This document shows positions 18,697 through 28,495 of a stretch of 64,000 bases of DNA, piece after piece. Location: the IMG/VR virus record IMGVR_UViG_3300024294_000597. One strand, 5' to 3'. Numbering within the stretch: the stretch's first letter is position 1; each line of letters begins with the position of its first letter. The stretch is from a virus. Made by a program: the position numbers and the translations under genes. The notes under the pieces were generated by a model. That model had not been told where the DNA came from. It ran no database searches and worked only from the letters and a program-made list of their open reading frames with translations.

Positions 18697-20496
18697 TTAT
18701 TTTCGTTTTTTTCCATGTGAACCGCAACTTGCGTCCATTAGTTTCTGTGCTACTACATCGATTTTTGCAAAGTCTGAGTCAGTTAGGTCAGACATTTTCT
18801 TTGGATTAGATTTTAGTTTGATGTTCTTACCACCAACTGAGATAGAGTCACCAGCTTTCTTACCTTGCTTAGCCGCTTTATCTAGTTCTTTGTAGAATTC
18901 ATTGTACTCTGACATTGCAAGTCTAGCCGAATTGTTAACAATTCTGTCTGCTACATCGTCTGCATTGAATACTTTTTTCTTACTTGTTGGGACAGCACCA
19001 CCACTAACACCAGATAGTTTGTTTTGCATACCAATTGCCGCCGCTTTCGCAACACCACCGATACCTTTACCTACTGCTTTTGTGATTGGTGAATTCTTTA
19101 CTGCTTTGCCAACTGCGATACCCTTTTCAATGCCTCTAGCTGTTTTAATTGCTGTTTTCTTATCCATTCCTGCTTTAGCCGCCATACCTACGCCTACTTT
19201 AGCAAGTGTGCCTAATTTGCCCTCTTTAAGTGAGGACATAGCAAAGTCGGCAATCTTTAACATACCAGCTTTAGTTTTTAGCATGTTGTCAATTTTTTCT
19301 TTGTTAGCATCGTTAACTTTATCATAAACTTGTGTAACAGCCGATGCAGTAAATAAATCTACTTTCATCTGGCCATCATCAAATTTAACAGGCATATTTT
19401 GTTTGTCTGCTACGATTTTCTTTAGAGTATCCATTGCACCTTCTTCAATCATTGCTGATTCTTCTACTGCCAAATGTGCATCGATACCAGCAGTTGATTT
19501 CATCTTCCAATGTTCAGCCGCCTTTTTAGCCGCTCCGTATGAGGTAGTCGCATGACATTCGTGTTTGCCTTTTTTAGCATGTACACAAATGTATGGTTTT
19601 TCATCTGCTTCTGAAACTGATTCATTTGCGTGACCAAGTTCTGCCATTCTTTTAGCAACAATATCTCTAACGTCTTTGTTACCTTGTTCTTGTGCTTCGG
19701 CCATATCATCTAATAATTCATCATCAAACACAAAAGACATAACCATATCAGTTGTTTCGTCATTTGCTTCACGTGGTTCATCCATGAATTCATTATATTT
19801 TGAAACTGCCTCAGCATATTCTTCTTCTGGTTGACCATCATATTTCATTAGTCCGCCAATCATAGTACCTTCTTTGATACCTGATGCTTTGGCTTCTGCA
19901 TTAAGTGATGCTATTCTACGCATAAGTTCTGCTTTTAATTCTGGGTCTTTGCTTGTCTCAGGGTCCAACTGAATGTCTTGTAATGCTTTTCTTTTTGCAT
20001 CGTAATCATCTTGGGTGAGCGACCCTGCTGATTCTTCCATGCTTTCTTCTGCGTCTGGCTTGTTGGCCATCACTGCATCATAGTCTGCCATTTCTTCATC
20101 GTTTGGCATTTCCTCTGCACCTGGAACATTCATGTCCATACCGCTCATTTCACCATCTTCTGGTTCTTCGGGAGACATATCAGGCGCCATGTCCATGTCG
20201 CTTGGTGCTTCTGGATCCATCGATGGGATTTCACCAGGCATATCCATAGCCGGAGCCTGGTCATTACCTAATTCTAGTGTATGCATACGAGCCGCTAGAC
20301 TATCAGACATACGTTCATATGCCTCATAAGACTTATTATGCTGTTGTGAAAATGTTAAGGCTAAATCATGAACCGCATCACGGGCATTCTTTCCACCTTC
20401 TAATTCTGTTTTGAGTTGTTCCGTACCACGGTTTAAGTAATCTTCAAACTCATCGTTGTTGATTACAAAACTCTCTGTTAATTGTGTAAGTTTCAT
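18697..20496 (-). CDS. Acidic/basic modular protein; probable head-internal polyprotein
   Basis: MKLTQLTES start; low-complexity M/D/P tract; modules separated by IKEG, VSEA, VEES, IEEG, LKEG. Confidence 0.6.
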   Translation of the reverse strand: MKLTQLTESFVINNDEFEDYLNRGTEQLKTELEGGKNARDAVHDLALTFSQQHNKSYEAYERMSDSLAARMHTLELGNDQAPAMDMPGEIPSMDPEAPSDMDMAPDMSPEEPEDGEMSGMDMNVPGAEEMPNDEEMADYDAVMANKPDAEESMEESAGSLTQDDYDAKRKALQDIQLDPETSKDPELKAELMRRIASLNAEAKASGIKEGTMIGGLMKYDGQPEEEYAEAVSKYNEFMDEPREANDETTDMVMSFVFDDELLDDMAEAQEQGNKDVRDIVAKRMAELGHANESVSEADEKPYICVHAKKGKHECHATTSYGAAKKAAEHWKMKSTAGIDAHLAVEESAMIEEGAMDTLKKIVADKQNMPVKFDDGQMKVDLFTASAVTQVYDKVNDANKEKIDNMLKTKAGMLKIADFAMSSLKEGKLGTLAKVGVGMAAKAGMDKKTAIKTARGIEKGIAVGKAVKNSPITKAVGKGIGGVAKAAAIGMQNKLSGVSGGAVPTSKKKVFNADDVADRIVNNSARLAMSEYNEFYKELDKAAKQGKKAGDSISVGGKNIKLKSNPKKMSDLTDSDFAKIDVVAQKLMDASCGSHGKKRK

Positions 20497-20726
20497 TATT
20501 TTGCTCTCTTAATCATTGGACTCTTGACAGGCTTATTGTAAACTAAATTACCTACATTAGCAGAAAAACCCATCTTATAGTTCTTTTGTTTCTTACCAGG
20601 TGTCAAATACCCATATGGGTCTACTGCCTTTTTGGCATCCTTAGCTTTCGTACCCGGTGTCATTGGCATAGCCACACCTGCAAACGCTCCACTAAAATTT
20701 TCACCTAATAATTCTGTTAATTTCAT
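20496..20726 (-). CDS. Small probable head-internal protein
   Basis: Start MKLTELLGE at 20726, 5 nt after GATAAATA. Confidence 0.6.
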   Translation of the reverse strand: MKLTELLGENFSGAFAGVAMPMTPGTKAKDAKKAVDPYGYLTPGKKQKNYKMGFSANVGNLVYNKPVKSPMIKRAK

Positions 20727-20750
20727 ATTACTATTTATCAAATTAATTAA

Positions 20751-22073
20751 TTAATTGGAATTTACTAGTTCATTGAAGTGTGGGAAGCACTCTGAATATG
20801 AGATTTTGCGTCTATCTTCTAATATTTTAAACTGTTTTTGTGCTATTAGCTTAGTTTCTACTGGCACTTCGCTTTCTACTAGTGATTTCATTGTCTTCAT
20901 TAATCTAATATATCTTTGTTTTTTATAGAAATTACCAGACATATTCTGAAAATATTCTATTTGTTCTTCTATTGCATCTGCATGATGTGGCTCTAATGAA
21001 TCTACTGCTAAATGCACTGGATTATCTACCCAATTCTGATGCATTAATATTGTCTTATCGTATTCATACTTATTTATTTTATCATTAAGGTACACTAAAA
21101 AATCTTTGAAGTAGGGAAGACTTAAACTATTGTGGGCGCAACCAAAACCAATAATTAGATTATCAATATCCTTTGATTTCTCAAAAAATAAATCTAAGTT
21201 TTCATCCCATTTATTAAAATCTAATCCCCACCTAATCAATTCACTCTGCTTATTTAATGCTTCACCTGATAGTTGCATTTCGTAACGTATATTTGGAGTT
21301 CTATGTACTAGTTCAATAAATTTATCGAATTTCTTTTTAGGGAAGTTTAAATTTGTTGTAACAGTGATTACTACTATTTGTCCTTCAGTGTGAGTGTCAT
21401 TGATGTTTACCATAAATTCTTCAATAAACTTAAACATATGGTCAGTAAAAAACGGCTCTCCGCCTAGTAAACTAAAGTTAACATGTCCTTGTCCTACTAA
21501 TTTCTTATCCCAATAATCATTTAAAATATTCAGTGTCTTATCAAACATTGCATCATCTGTATCTGGAAAACGCTGACCTACTTCTTTTTGCCAACGAGTA
21601 CTAGAACCAGCCCAACAATATACACACGCCATGTTGCATTTATTTGTTAATTCTATTTCAATAAACTTGAAGTTGTCACGTTCCATCATATCTCTATGAA
21701 ATTGTTTAGCCATGTTTGGATGATTGCCAGCTTTTTGTAAACGCATTCTCCACGGATAATCGTAATTACTGTTATATGATGTTCTAACACTCTCTCCGCC
21801 TGCATCTTCTGTTCTCCAACAACCTGAACAATCTGTACTGCGGGTGCCTCCACTTAATTCATACTTTCGTTGTTGTAGTATAGGATGATTAAATAAAAAA
21901 TCTTCGGTAAGCGTATCTATGTCAAATGTTAGTTCTTTCATTTGCTCAGGCGTATGTTGTGTTTTACAACACCACTTTACTGTTCTTTGAGGTAAGGATA
22001 TTATAATGTCGTTCCAGTTTTTGAAACACATTGTATTTTTTAAATTATGAAGATTTGGATTTAGTTCATTCAT
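20751..22073 (-). CDS. Radical SAM protein with N-terminal Cys-rich (twitch/SPASM-like) region
   Basis: CNMACVYC, GGEPF; N-terminal C, CC and CSGC. Confidence 0.85.
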   Translation of the reverse strand: MNELNPNLHNLKNTMCFKNWNDIIISLPQRTVKWCCKTQHTPEQMKELTFDIDTLTEDFLFNHPILQQRKYELSGGTRSTDCSGCWRTEDAGGESVRTSYNSNYDYPWRMRLQKAGNHPNMAKQFHRDMMERDNFKFIEIELTNKCNMACVYCWAGSSTRWQKEVGQRFPDTDDAMFDKTLNILNDYWDKKLVGQGHVNFSLLGGEPFFTDHMFKFIEEFMVNINDTHTEGQIVVITVTTNLNFPKKKFDKFIELVHRTPNIRYEMQLSGEALNKQSELIRWGLDFNKWDENLDLFFEKSKDIDNLIIGFGCAHNSLSLPYFKDFLVYLNDKINKYEYDKTILMHQNWVDNPVHLAVDSLEPHHADAIEEQIEYFQNMSGNFYKKQRYIRLMKTMKSLVESEVPVETKLIAQKQFKILEDRRKISYSECFPHFNELVNSN

Positions 22074-25000
22074 TTTTTCTTTGTACGCAGTAGCTTTTTA
22101 GGTTTCCCATCCTTGTCTACGTCATTACCAAACTTTTTAGCTTGTTTAGTAATTTCATTGGGTCCTACATCAACTGTGGTATTTATACCTGGTACGACAC
22201 GCCCTACGCCTGCCGCCTCTTTAACATCTTTTCTACTGAATACTTTTTTAATTGCTTGTACTGTATTGGCTGTAGTCGTTGTGTGATGTTTAATTGCGAT
22301 ACCACCTGCTGATTGCCATCCTTTGACATTCTTACCAAAATCATCAATTAACAAGTTCGGTGTACCGTCTTGCTTAGTTGCATATTTTGATTTGTTATGG
22401 TCAATGATAACTTGCTCTGGTTTAAAGAAGTTTAAATGTTTTCTCACCCACTCTCTTTTACCAGGATCCACGTTTGGATCGTTTGCAAGAGGGGAACTTA
22501 ATATTTTATATTTGCCTTTTGTGGCTTTAATTGTGTTGAGCAGTTCTTTATGACCTGCTAGTGTTGGCAAATCTTCCCAGAAGTTTGGAGTATTAACAAT
22601 CTTCTTAAGTGCTTTGCCTATTTGCTCTTTTGGTATGTCTCTGTATGATTTGACATTCATAATTCTAGCCCACTCATTAAAGAAATCAACCAATACGCCA
22701 TCCATATCCACATATACATCAGGAGTATTATCTTCTAATAGTCTTTCGAAATCTTCATCTAATGATTTTTTATTCATCCAATTATCATACTTGCTTTCAG
22801 CCCAATTTGCAACCTTTTTCGTATCTGTTTTTACCCATGGTCCTCGATGCATGAATTTTGCTGAGATAGATACTTGTTTACCGAACAGTTCTTTTGGATG
22901 AAGTATGGATATATGATAAAGTCTCTTGTCATTATCAACACCTGTGACTTCAACTTCAATTTGTTCATACTTCTTACCAGCAAACTTGACATTATGTCCT
23001 GTCATAAACTTGCCTACTGCTTCTAATACTATGGTTTCTTTAACTGGAACTTTATTTAACAAGTCTTCCTTGCTTAGTTTGTAGTTAGATTTCATCCACT
23101 CATCTTTTAAATCAGCAATCATCTTACCAAGATTAGGACCAGCTACATAACCTCTTGCTAGTAAGTCTTTACCATTGATTGGGAAGTCTGGTTGTTCAAA
23201 TCCGTGTACTGCATCATATACATCATTCTTGCCATGCATGTTTGCCCATGCAAGTAAATGATCCTGTGAGGCACCATTGATAATCATATCTTGTGCTTGT
23301 TTTGGATTGATGTTTTCACCTTTGTGCTTGATTAAGAAGTCAAACATTTCTCTATCGTAATTGCTCATCTTCCAATCTCTTGCAATACCACTACTGTCCA
23401 GCATTCTTGCAAGGGCAATAATAGGTCCTGTAGGCTCACCTAGTTTAGCTGGATTGATACCTTCAAGTCCAATCTTACTTGATACGCCTGTCTTGTTCAT
23501 CCATTCAAGTGCTTCTTTGGCACTCGAACCCATTAACAATTTGCTCATTTCTTGCCAAATTCTTTCAACAGATAAACCTGTCATGCCATCTGCATTATCT
23601 TTGATTGCATTTAATGTGACATCGTCCCACTTTGGACTATCTAACTTAGATTGAAATCTAAAGTATCTTAAGATACGCAAATAATCTTCTTTAATTCTTT
23701 CTTCTGGATCCCCTACGAACCTACTTACTTTATCTTGCAAGTCGTCCATACCACCATTGTAATCATGTACTGTACCGTCAATGTCCATTGACATTGCGTT
23801 GTATGTTAAGTCTCTACGTTTGGCATCTTCTTCCCATGAACGTACAAATTCTACATCAGCATGTCTACCATCAGTATTTGTATCTGCACGTAGAGTTGTT
23901 ATTTCAAAATCTTCACCATCGATAACCGCAGTTATTGTACCATGCTCTATGCCTGTAGGAATGTGTCTGATACCTTCTTTGTCAAGCATAGCAATCATTT
24001 CATCCGGTGTAGCATCTGTGGCAAAGTCAATATCTTTTGGCTCTTTACCTAATGCAATATCTCTTACAGCGCCACCTACTATTCTGACTTCATATTGATT
24101 CTTTTTAAATACTTTATCTAGCTTACGAATAGCCTGGGTAATGATAGGTTTGACGTTCAATGCTTCTTCTCTTAATGCTGATAACATAGTGTTCAGTGCT
24201 TCATTAACTCTTTCGTTTGTTTGTGGATAACGGATCATTGTTTCTCTAAAACGAAAGTCTTTGTTGCGACCTTTGTTTGGTACAAAACCAAAACGCTTGT
24301 AAAACTTAATCAGTCTATTCTTATTCCCACCAAATGCATCATCTGGTGTTAGTGCAATAATGGCGCCTTCTCTATCCATTCTATCAACGATATTTTGCAT
24401 TTCTTTGGTCCCTTGACCAGCATTGCGTTCATCGCCTGATACTTCAATCTTAGATAGTACATAACCTTTTTTAGCATCGCCATGTAACGATACTTCAACT
24501 TCTTCGCCTACGTAGGCTTTGACTGTTTTAATACCTTGTGCCTTGTATGCTTGAAGTCTATGGTTGCCATCTAATAGATATCCATCGTTGCCTATTACCA
24601 TTGGGGGGAATTGAGATGTGTCTGCTTTTTTATATTTTTCAACATTTGCCTGACTCATTCCATCGCTCTTTACTGCTGTTGGTATCTTATCAACTTGTAC
24701 GTCTTTTAGTTTAAACCCTTTATGAGATAGAACAAACTTTGACCAGTCTGAGTTTGGATCCATTGCGCCCGTATGTGTGCCTTGCATTTCTTTTGATAGT
24801 TTTGTCAACATTTGTTGTGATGATATTACTGAATTAGCAAGTTTAACTTCTTCTTCGACTTGAGAATTTGCTATTGCTTTAAGTTCATCAGGTAACATAT
24901 TGATAGCTTCTTTTCGTAGACTAGCTTTTCCATTTTTCATAACTCTTAACAGGTCAGCCTTTTCTGCATGGTAAACTTTAGCAAACTTAGGATCGTTCTT

Positions 25001-25813
25001 GCCGATATCTCTGCCATTGCTTATCAAATCGGCATATTTAACTGTTTGTGCTTCTGCACTAACACCTGCAAGTTTATCTCTGTCTATGCCTTTGCGTACT
25101 TTTCTATTACCGTCTTCTGGTTTACTTACATCAGTAAGTTCAACAACTAGTTTTGCAATCTGAGGACCAAATTCTCTTGTTACATCTGCTGGTGTAACAC
25201 TTGTATCTTCTACTGTATCATGCAACAAAGCGGCACACTGTTGATTCACAGAACCACCTGCCTGTTTAACGATATTTCTCACTTCATCTAAGTGTACATA
25301 GTATGGTTCACCAGTGTACTTTCTCTTGTGGTCTTTGTGAGCCTCTTGAGCAAATTGTTCTGCCTTTGCTATGATATCCATTGATTCGTCCTCTGTGTAG
25401 ATATCTTTGAAGTATACACTAGGAAACTTTAATGTCAAGGATAAAAGTTCATGAACATCAACATTTGCACGTAAAATATTAATATCTCTACCTGTATTCA
25501 AAGCGGCCAACCACCGATGATGTCCATCTATAATCCAACTGTCACTACTTGCTAGTAGAGGTTTTGGGTTCTGGCCGTCATATTTTTTGTTCTTTGTAAG
25601 TTGTCTTTCAACACCTTGGTCTGAAAATTCTTTTTGTATTGGTTTTAAATCTTTTGCACTTACGACTTGTGAAGTTAGAGTTACGCCGTTCTTTTTAAGA
25701 TAAGATTTATATTCGTCATAGTCTGTAGATTTCACTTGAGGCATTTTGTCCCTTGTGATACCCATAGTATCTTCTGGTTTAGGCTTCTCTATTTTGAATT
25801 CAGCTAGGCGCAT
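22070..25813 (-). CDS. Multi-enzyme polyprotein: ParB-like, HD (SAH/MESH1-like), ParB-like, GNAT-like, CCA-adding enzyme, HAD nucleotidase
   Basis: IIDGHHRW; AH..RKYTGEPY..H...LLHDTVED..VKYADLISN; LLDGNHR; RNAGQG..LIKFYKRFGF; VGGAVRD..DIDFAT..RRDLTYNAM..EDYLRILRYFRF; YVDMDGVL..LIDD. Confidence 0.85.
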   Translation of the reverse strand: MRLAEFKIEKPKPEDTMGITRDKMPQVKSTDYDEYKSYLKKNGVTLTSQVVSAKDLKPIQKEFSDQGVERQLTKNKKYDGQNPKPLLASSDSWIIDGHHRWLAALNTGRDINILRANVDVHELLSLTLKFPSVYFKDIYTEDESMDIIAKAEQFAQEAHKDHKRKYTGEPYYVHLDEVRNIVKQAGGSVNQQCAALLHDTVEDTSVTPADVTREFGPQIAKLVVELTDVSKPEDGNRKVRKGIDRDKLAGVSAEAQTVKYADLISNGRDIGKNDPKFAKVYHAEKADLLRVMKNGKASLRKEAINMLPDELKAIANSQVEEEVKLANSVISSQQMLTKLSKEMQGTHTGAMDPNSDWSKFVLSHKGFKLKDVQVDKIPTAVKSDGMSQANVEKYKKADTSQFPPMVIGNDGYLLDGNHRLQAYKAQGIKTVKAYVGEEVEVSLHGDAKKGYVLSKIEVSGDERNAGQGTKEMQNIVDRMDREGAIIALTPDDAFGGNKNRLIKFYKRFGFVPNKGRNKDFRFRETMIRYPQTNERVNEALNTMLSALREEALNVKPIITQAIRKLDKVFKKNQYEVRIVGGAVRDIALGKEPKDIDFATDATPDEMIAMLDKEGIRHIPTGIEHGTITAVIDGEDFEITTLRADTNTDGRHADVEFVRSWEEDAKRRDLTYNAMSMDIDGTVHDYNGGMDDLQDKVSRFVGDPEERIKEDYLRILRYFRFQSKLDSPKWDDVTLNAIKDNADGMTGLSVERIWQEMSKLLMGSSAKEALEWMNKTGVSSKIGLEGINPAKLGEPTGPIIALARMLDSSGIARDWKMSNYDREMFDFLIKHKGENINPKQAQDMIINGASQDHLLAWANMHGKNDVYDAVHGFEQPDFPINGKDLLARGYVAGPNLGKMIADLKDEWMKSNYKLSKEDLLNKVPVKETIVLEAVGKFMTGHNVKFAGKKYEQIEVEVTGVDNDKRLYHISILHPKELFGKQVSISAKFMHRGPWVKTDTKKVANWAESKYDNWMNKKSLDEDFERLLEDNTPDVYVDMDGVLVDFFNEWARIMNVKSYRDIPKEQIGKALKKIVNTPNFWEDLPTLAGHKELLNTIKATKGKYKILSSPLANDPNVDPGKREWVRKHLNFFKPEQVIIDHNKSKYATKQDGTPNLLIDDFGKNVKGWQSAGGIAIKHHTTTTANTVQAIKKVFSRKDVKEAAGVGRVVPGINTTVDVGPNEITKQAKKFGNDVDKDGKPKKLLRTKKK

Positions 25814-25824
25814 TTAAAACAATC

Positions 25825-26964
25825 CTAATTTTTAATATTTCTATCTAAGCTGGCTAAATTTGCGTTTGCATTTTTGCCAAAGTTACTCTTGTTTAATTGC
25901 ATTTTATTTACAATTTTCTTGAAGCCTTCTTTAGTTCTTAGATATTGTTTAATGATTTCTTTTTGTTCTGGTCTTGCAATATCATGATACGCCATTGTAA
26001 ATCTTTTCGCAAGTTCAGGTGTAACTTTAATTTCTTCATTATCTTTAAATTTAATTGGAAAAGGCATATTATCTGCACGTGCGGCTAAGTTATCTAATAC
26101 TCTCAAAGGATCAGATTGTTTAACAGGCTGACCTTTATTATATTCTACGATTAGATAAAAATCATCTTCGTTAGATTCGTGTATCTTATTATATACGTCT
26201 GCAAGTTCTCTTGCATTTATTCCATGCATGGTACGAGAAATATCAAATGCGTATCCACTTACACTTTGTCTGTTGCCTTTAGAAGTCACAAGCCTATGTA
26301 ATGCATCTAGGGCCGCCTTCATATATCTTTCTGGTACATTTAATATAGCTTTATCAGGATGACTAAAATCTTCTGGTAAGGCATAATCTGCAATATTCTG
26401 TCCTAGTCTTTTTGTTTTTTGTTGTAAACTACGTAACTTCTTAATACCTTTACCAGTTGTAATTGCAACCTTAAACATACCTTTAAGTACATCAACTGTT
26501 GTCTTTGCCAACACAGCCATAATAATTAATTCTGCTAACGGAGGGACTGAACCAAAATCTTCACTAACATCTACAGTGGACTCTACTGGAAATTCTTTGT
26601 TTGATGTTTTGAAGTTCTTTTTACGCATGACAGTTTTTGCAACTAAGTCTAGTTCTTCGTTGTCTCTGTCCCATTTCAATACAAAAGGAATATTGATATC
26701 ACTTTCTAAGTCTTTCATCACTGCCTCAGCATCAGGACCCATCTGTGCAATTGGTTTACCCCAACGCTTGTATTCTTTTTTAAACAAATTTACCAACTCA
26801 GGCATAGTGATTTGTTGACCATTACGGTCATCGTTTGCTCTATCGATAAAGTGTCTAGTGAATTCTACATCGATGTTGAGACTAGAAAACAAATTATCTA
26901 ATGCTTTTTCTAAAGCATTTAATTGAGTGTTAGTTATTGGTTGTTCTACTTCATCTAATCTCAT
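25825..26964 (-). CDS. Modular probable head-internal protein
   Basis: MRLDEV start; N-terminal domain VEFTRHFIDR...LVAKTVMRK; linkers VSED, LPED, IHES. Confidence 0.6.
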   Translation of the reverse strand: MRLDEVEQPITNTQLNALEKALDNLFSSLNIDVEFTRHFIDRANDDRNGQQITMPELVNLFKKEYKRWGKPIAQMGPDAEAVMKDLESDINIPFVLKWDRDNEELDLVAKTVMRKKNFKTSNKEFPVESTVDVSEDFGSVPPLAELIIMAVLAKTTVDVLKGMFKVAITTGKGIKKLRSLQQKTKRLGQNIADYALPEDFSHPDKAILNVPERYMKAALDALHRLVTSKGNRQSVSGYAFDISRTMHGINARELADVYNKIHESNEDDFYLIVEYNKGQPVKQSDPLRVLDNLAARADNMPFPIKFKDNEEIKVTPELAKRFTMAYHDIARPEQKEIIKQYLRTKEGFKKIVNKMQLNKSNFGKNANANLASLDRNIKN

Positions 26965-26965
26965 T

Positions 26966-28087
26966 TTATTTTCCCTTTTGTGACTTCAAAACTTGTATTT
27001 CTTTTTGCAATACTTCTATTGCTTTAGTAAGTCTTGCCAATTCTTTTTCTTGTTTATAGTCAGCTTTGTCGCCGTCTCTTTCATTCTTTTCTACGTCTGC
27101 CAATAAAGCCGATAACACATTGTCTGCCTGCGGATATTTAGTTTTCAACTGAACCAATGCTCTTGCAGTTTTAGGGTCAAACCCTTTTAACAAATCTTCT
27201 GATTTTTCTTTTTCTTTAACAGGAGTTGGTTCATTCCTACGTTGATTAACTTTGGAAGGATCCATACCTAATTCAGATGCTTTACGATATTTTGCCATTG
27301 TTTTGAGTGCGTATGCTTTCTTTCTGGCTCGTCTTGCCATTGCAGGCGATAATGCTTCACCCATATCCTGCATTAGTTGTGCTTCCATAAGAGACTCATA
27401 CAACGAATGCTCTTCCCAATTTTCATTTGTAATTCCTTTTTGTAATTTATTTTGAAATAATTGCATTACATCTTTTGGAATATTAGGATTGCCATATAAA
27501 TCTTGTAAAATCTGTTCTAGTGTTGACTCGTCTGCCTTCGCAATCATGTCACGAATTTGGGTAGCACTATTAATTGCCTGTCCTCTTATTTCGAACTTAA
27601 ACGTAGGTACTGTAGTAATATATGAATGGTCACGCAATGGTTTAGCATTCTCAATCCCAGGCCATTTTTGCATATGAGCAGGTTGTCCTTTTTTAGCACC
27701 TCTAGTTAATAGAGCCATACCAGTGTCTGGGAAGTTAAATCTAGGGTCTTCTGCCATATCTTTCTCTGATACTGCATAAACTATTACGGTCTTATCTGGG
27801 TCAAATCTGTCTGTAATCTCTGTAGCAACATAAGGAACTTTACATTGAACGATAGAATTAGGGTCTACACCAGCTAATTGCATCATCTTTTTCTTCTCTT
27901 GGAATGTAAAGGGAGACTTATGATTATCCGTTTTATCAGAAGATGCAATAAATACTTGTGCACCTTTATATTGTTGTTTTAGATACTTGAATACTTTCCC
28001 ATGTCCAATGTGAAATGGGTGAAATCTTCCTGGATATATTACAACAAGATTGCTGTTTTCGTTCTCAAATAAGTCGTATAATCTCAT
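26966..28087 (-). CDS. HIGH-motif nucleotidyltransferase (cytidylyl/NMN adenylyltransferase-like) with C-terminal extensions
   Basis: YPGRFHPFHIGH, SPFTFQEK, SATQIR; start MRLYDLFE. Confidence 0.75.
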   Translation of the reverse strand: MRLYDLFENENSNLVVIYPGRFHPFHIGHGKVFKYLKQQYKGAQVFIASSDKTDNHKSPFTFQEKKKMMQLAGVDPNSIVQCKVPYVATEITDRFDPDKTVIVYAVSEKDMAEDPRFNFPDTGMALLTRGAKKGQPAHMQKWPGIENAKPLRDHSYITTVPTFKFEIRGQAINSATQIRDMIAKADESTLEQILQDLYGNPNIPKDVMQLFQNKLQKGITNENWEEHSLYESLMEAQLMQDMGEALSPAMARRARKKAYALKTMAKYRKASELGMDPSKVNQRRNEPTPVKEKEKSEDLLKGFDPKTARALVQLKTKYPQADNVLSALLADVEKNERDGDKADYKQEKELARLTKAIEVLQKEIQVLKSQKGK

Positions 28088-28117
28088 GTTTTTCTACCTA
28101 TAATTAACTGCTATGTG

Positions 28118-28125
28118 TATTTATC
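28118..28125 (-). promoter_or_regulatory. T4-like late promoter for the cargo cluster
   Basis: GATAAATA 30 nt upstream of the ATG at 28087. Confidence 0.6.
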
Positions 28126-28133
28126 TTTATTAT

Positions 28134-28160
28134 AAAAAAAGACCCACTCAGAAGTGGGCC
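28134..28160 (-). terminator. Intrinsic terminator closing the early-gene block
   Basis: GGCCCACT-TCTG-AGTGGGTC then T7. Confidence 0.8.
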
Positions 28161-28189
28161 AGTTAGTTCACAATATGAACAAGGAGACT

Positions 28190-28288
28190 TTAAAAGAAAA
28201 AGTATATATTCAGTGAAATCATAACACCTGTTAGTGCTAGACCAAAGATAGTGCTTTTATTGAATTCTAGGCTATTTGGATGTCTCAT
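28190..28288 (-). CDS. 32-aa hydrophobic peptide
   Basis: MRHPNSLEFNKSTIFGLALTGVMISLNIYFFF; AGAGG RBS; below the ORF-track cutoff. Confidence 0.45.
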   Translation of the reverse strand: MRHPNSLEFNKSTIFGLALTGVMISLNIYFFF

Positions 28289-28296
28289 GTTACCTC

Positions 28297-28494
28297 TCAA
28301 TCTAAATCGCATTGCCAATACTTACCATCATACCAAGCACGAAGCCCGCCCAATGGATAATCCGTATGTTCAAAGAATATGTAAGGACGGCCCTTTGCAT
28401 CAATTTTCTGTTCTATGATACTGGCTTCTTCTAAAGGTATTAGACGTTCAGCACCAGTATCTTCGTAAACTGCACTATTAAAAATGCGTATCAT
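28297..28494 (-). CDS. Small early protein, paralogue of 28801-28989
   Basis: MIRIFNSA...PYIFFEH.DYP.G.L.A...W.CDLD. Confidence 0.75.
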   Translation of the reverse strand: MIRIFNSAVYEDTGAERLIPLEEASIIEQKIDAKGRPYIFFEHTDYPLGGLRAWYDGKYWQCDLD

Positions 28495-28495
28495 C

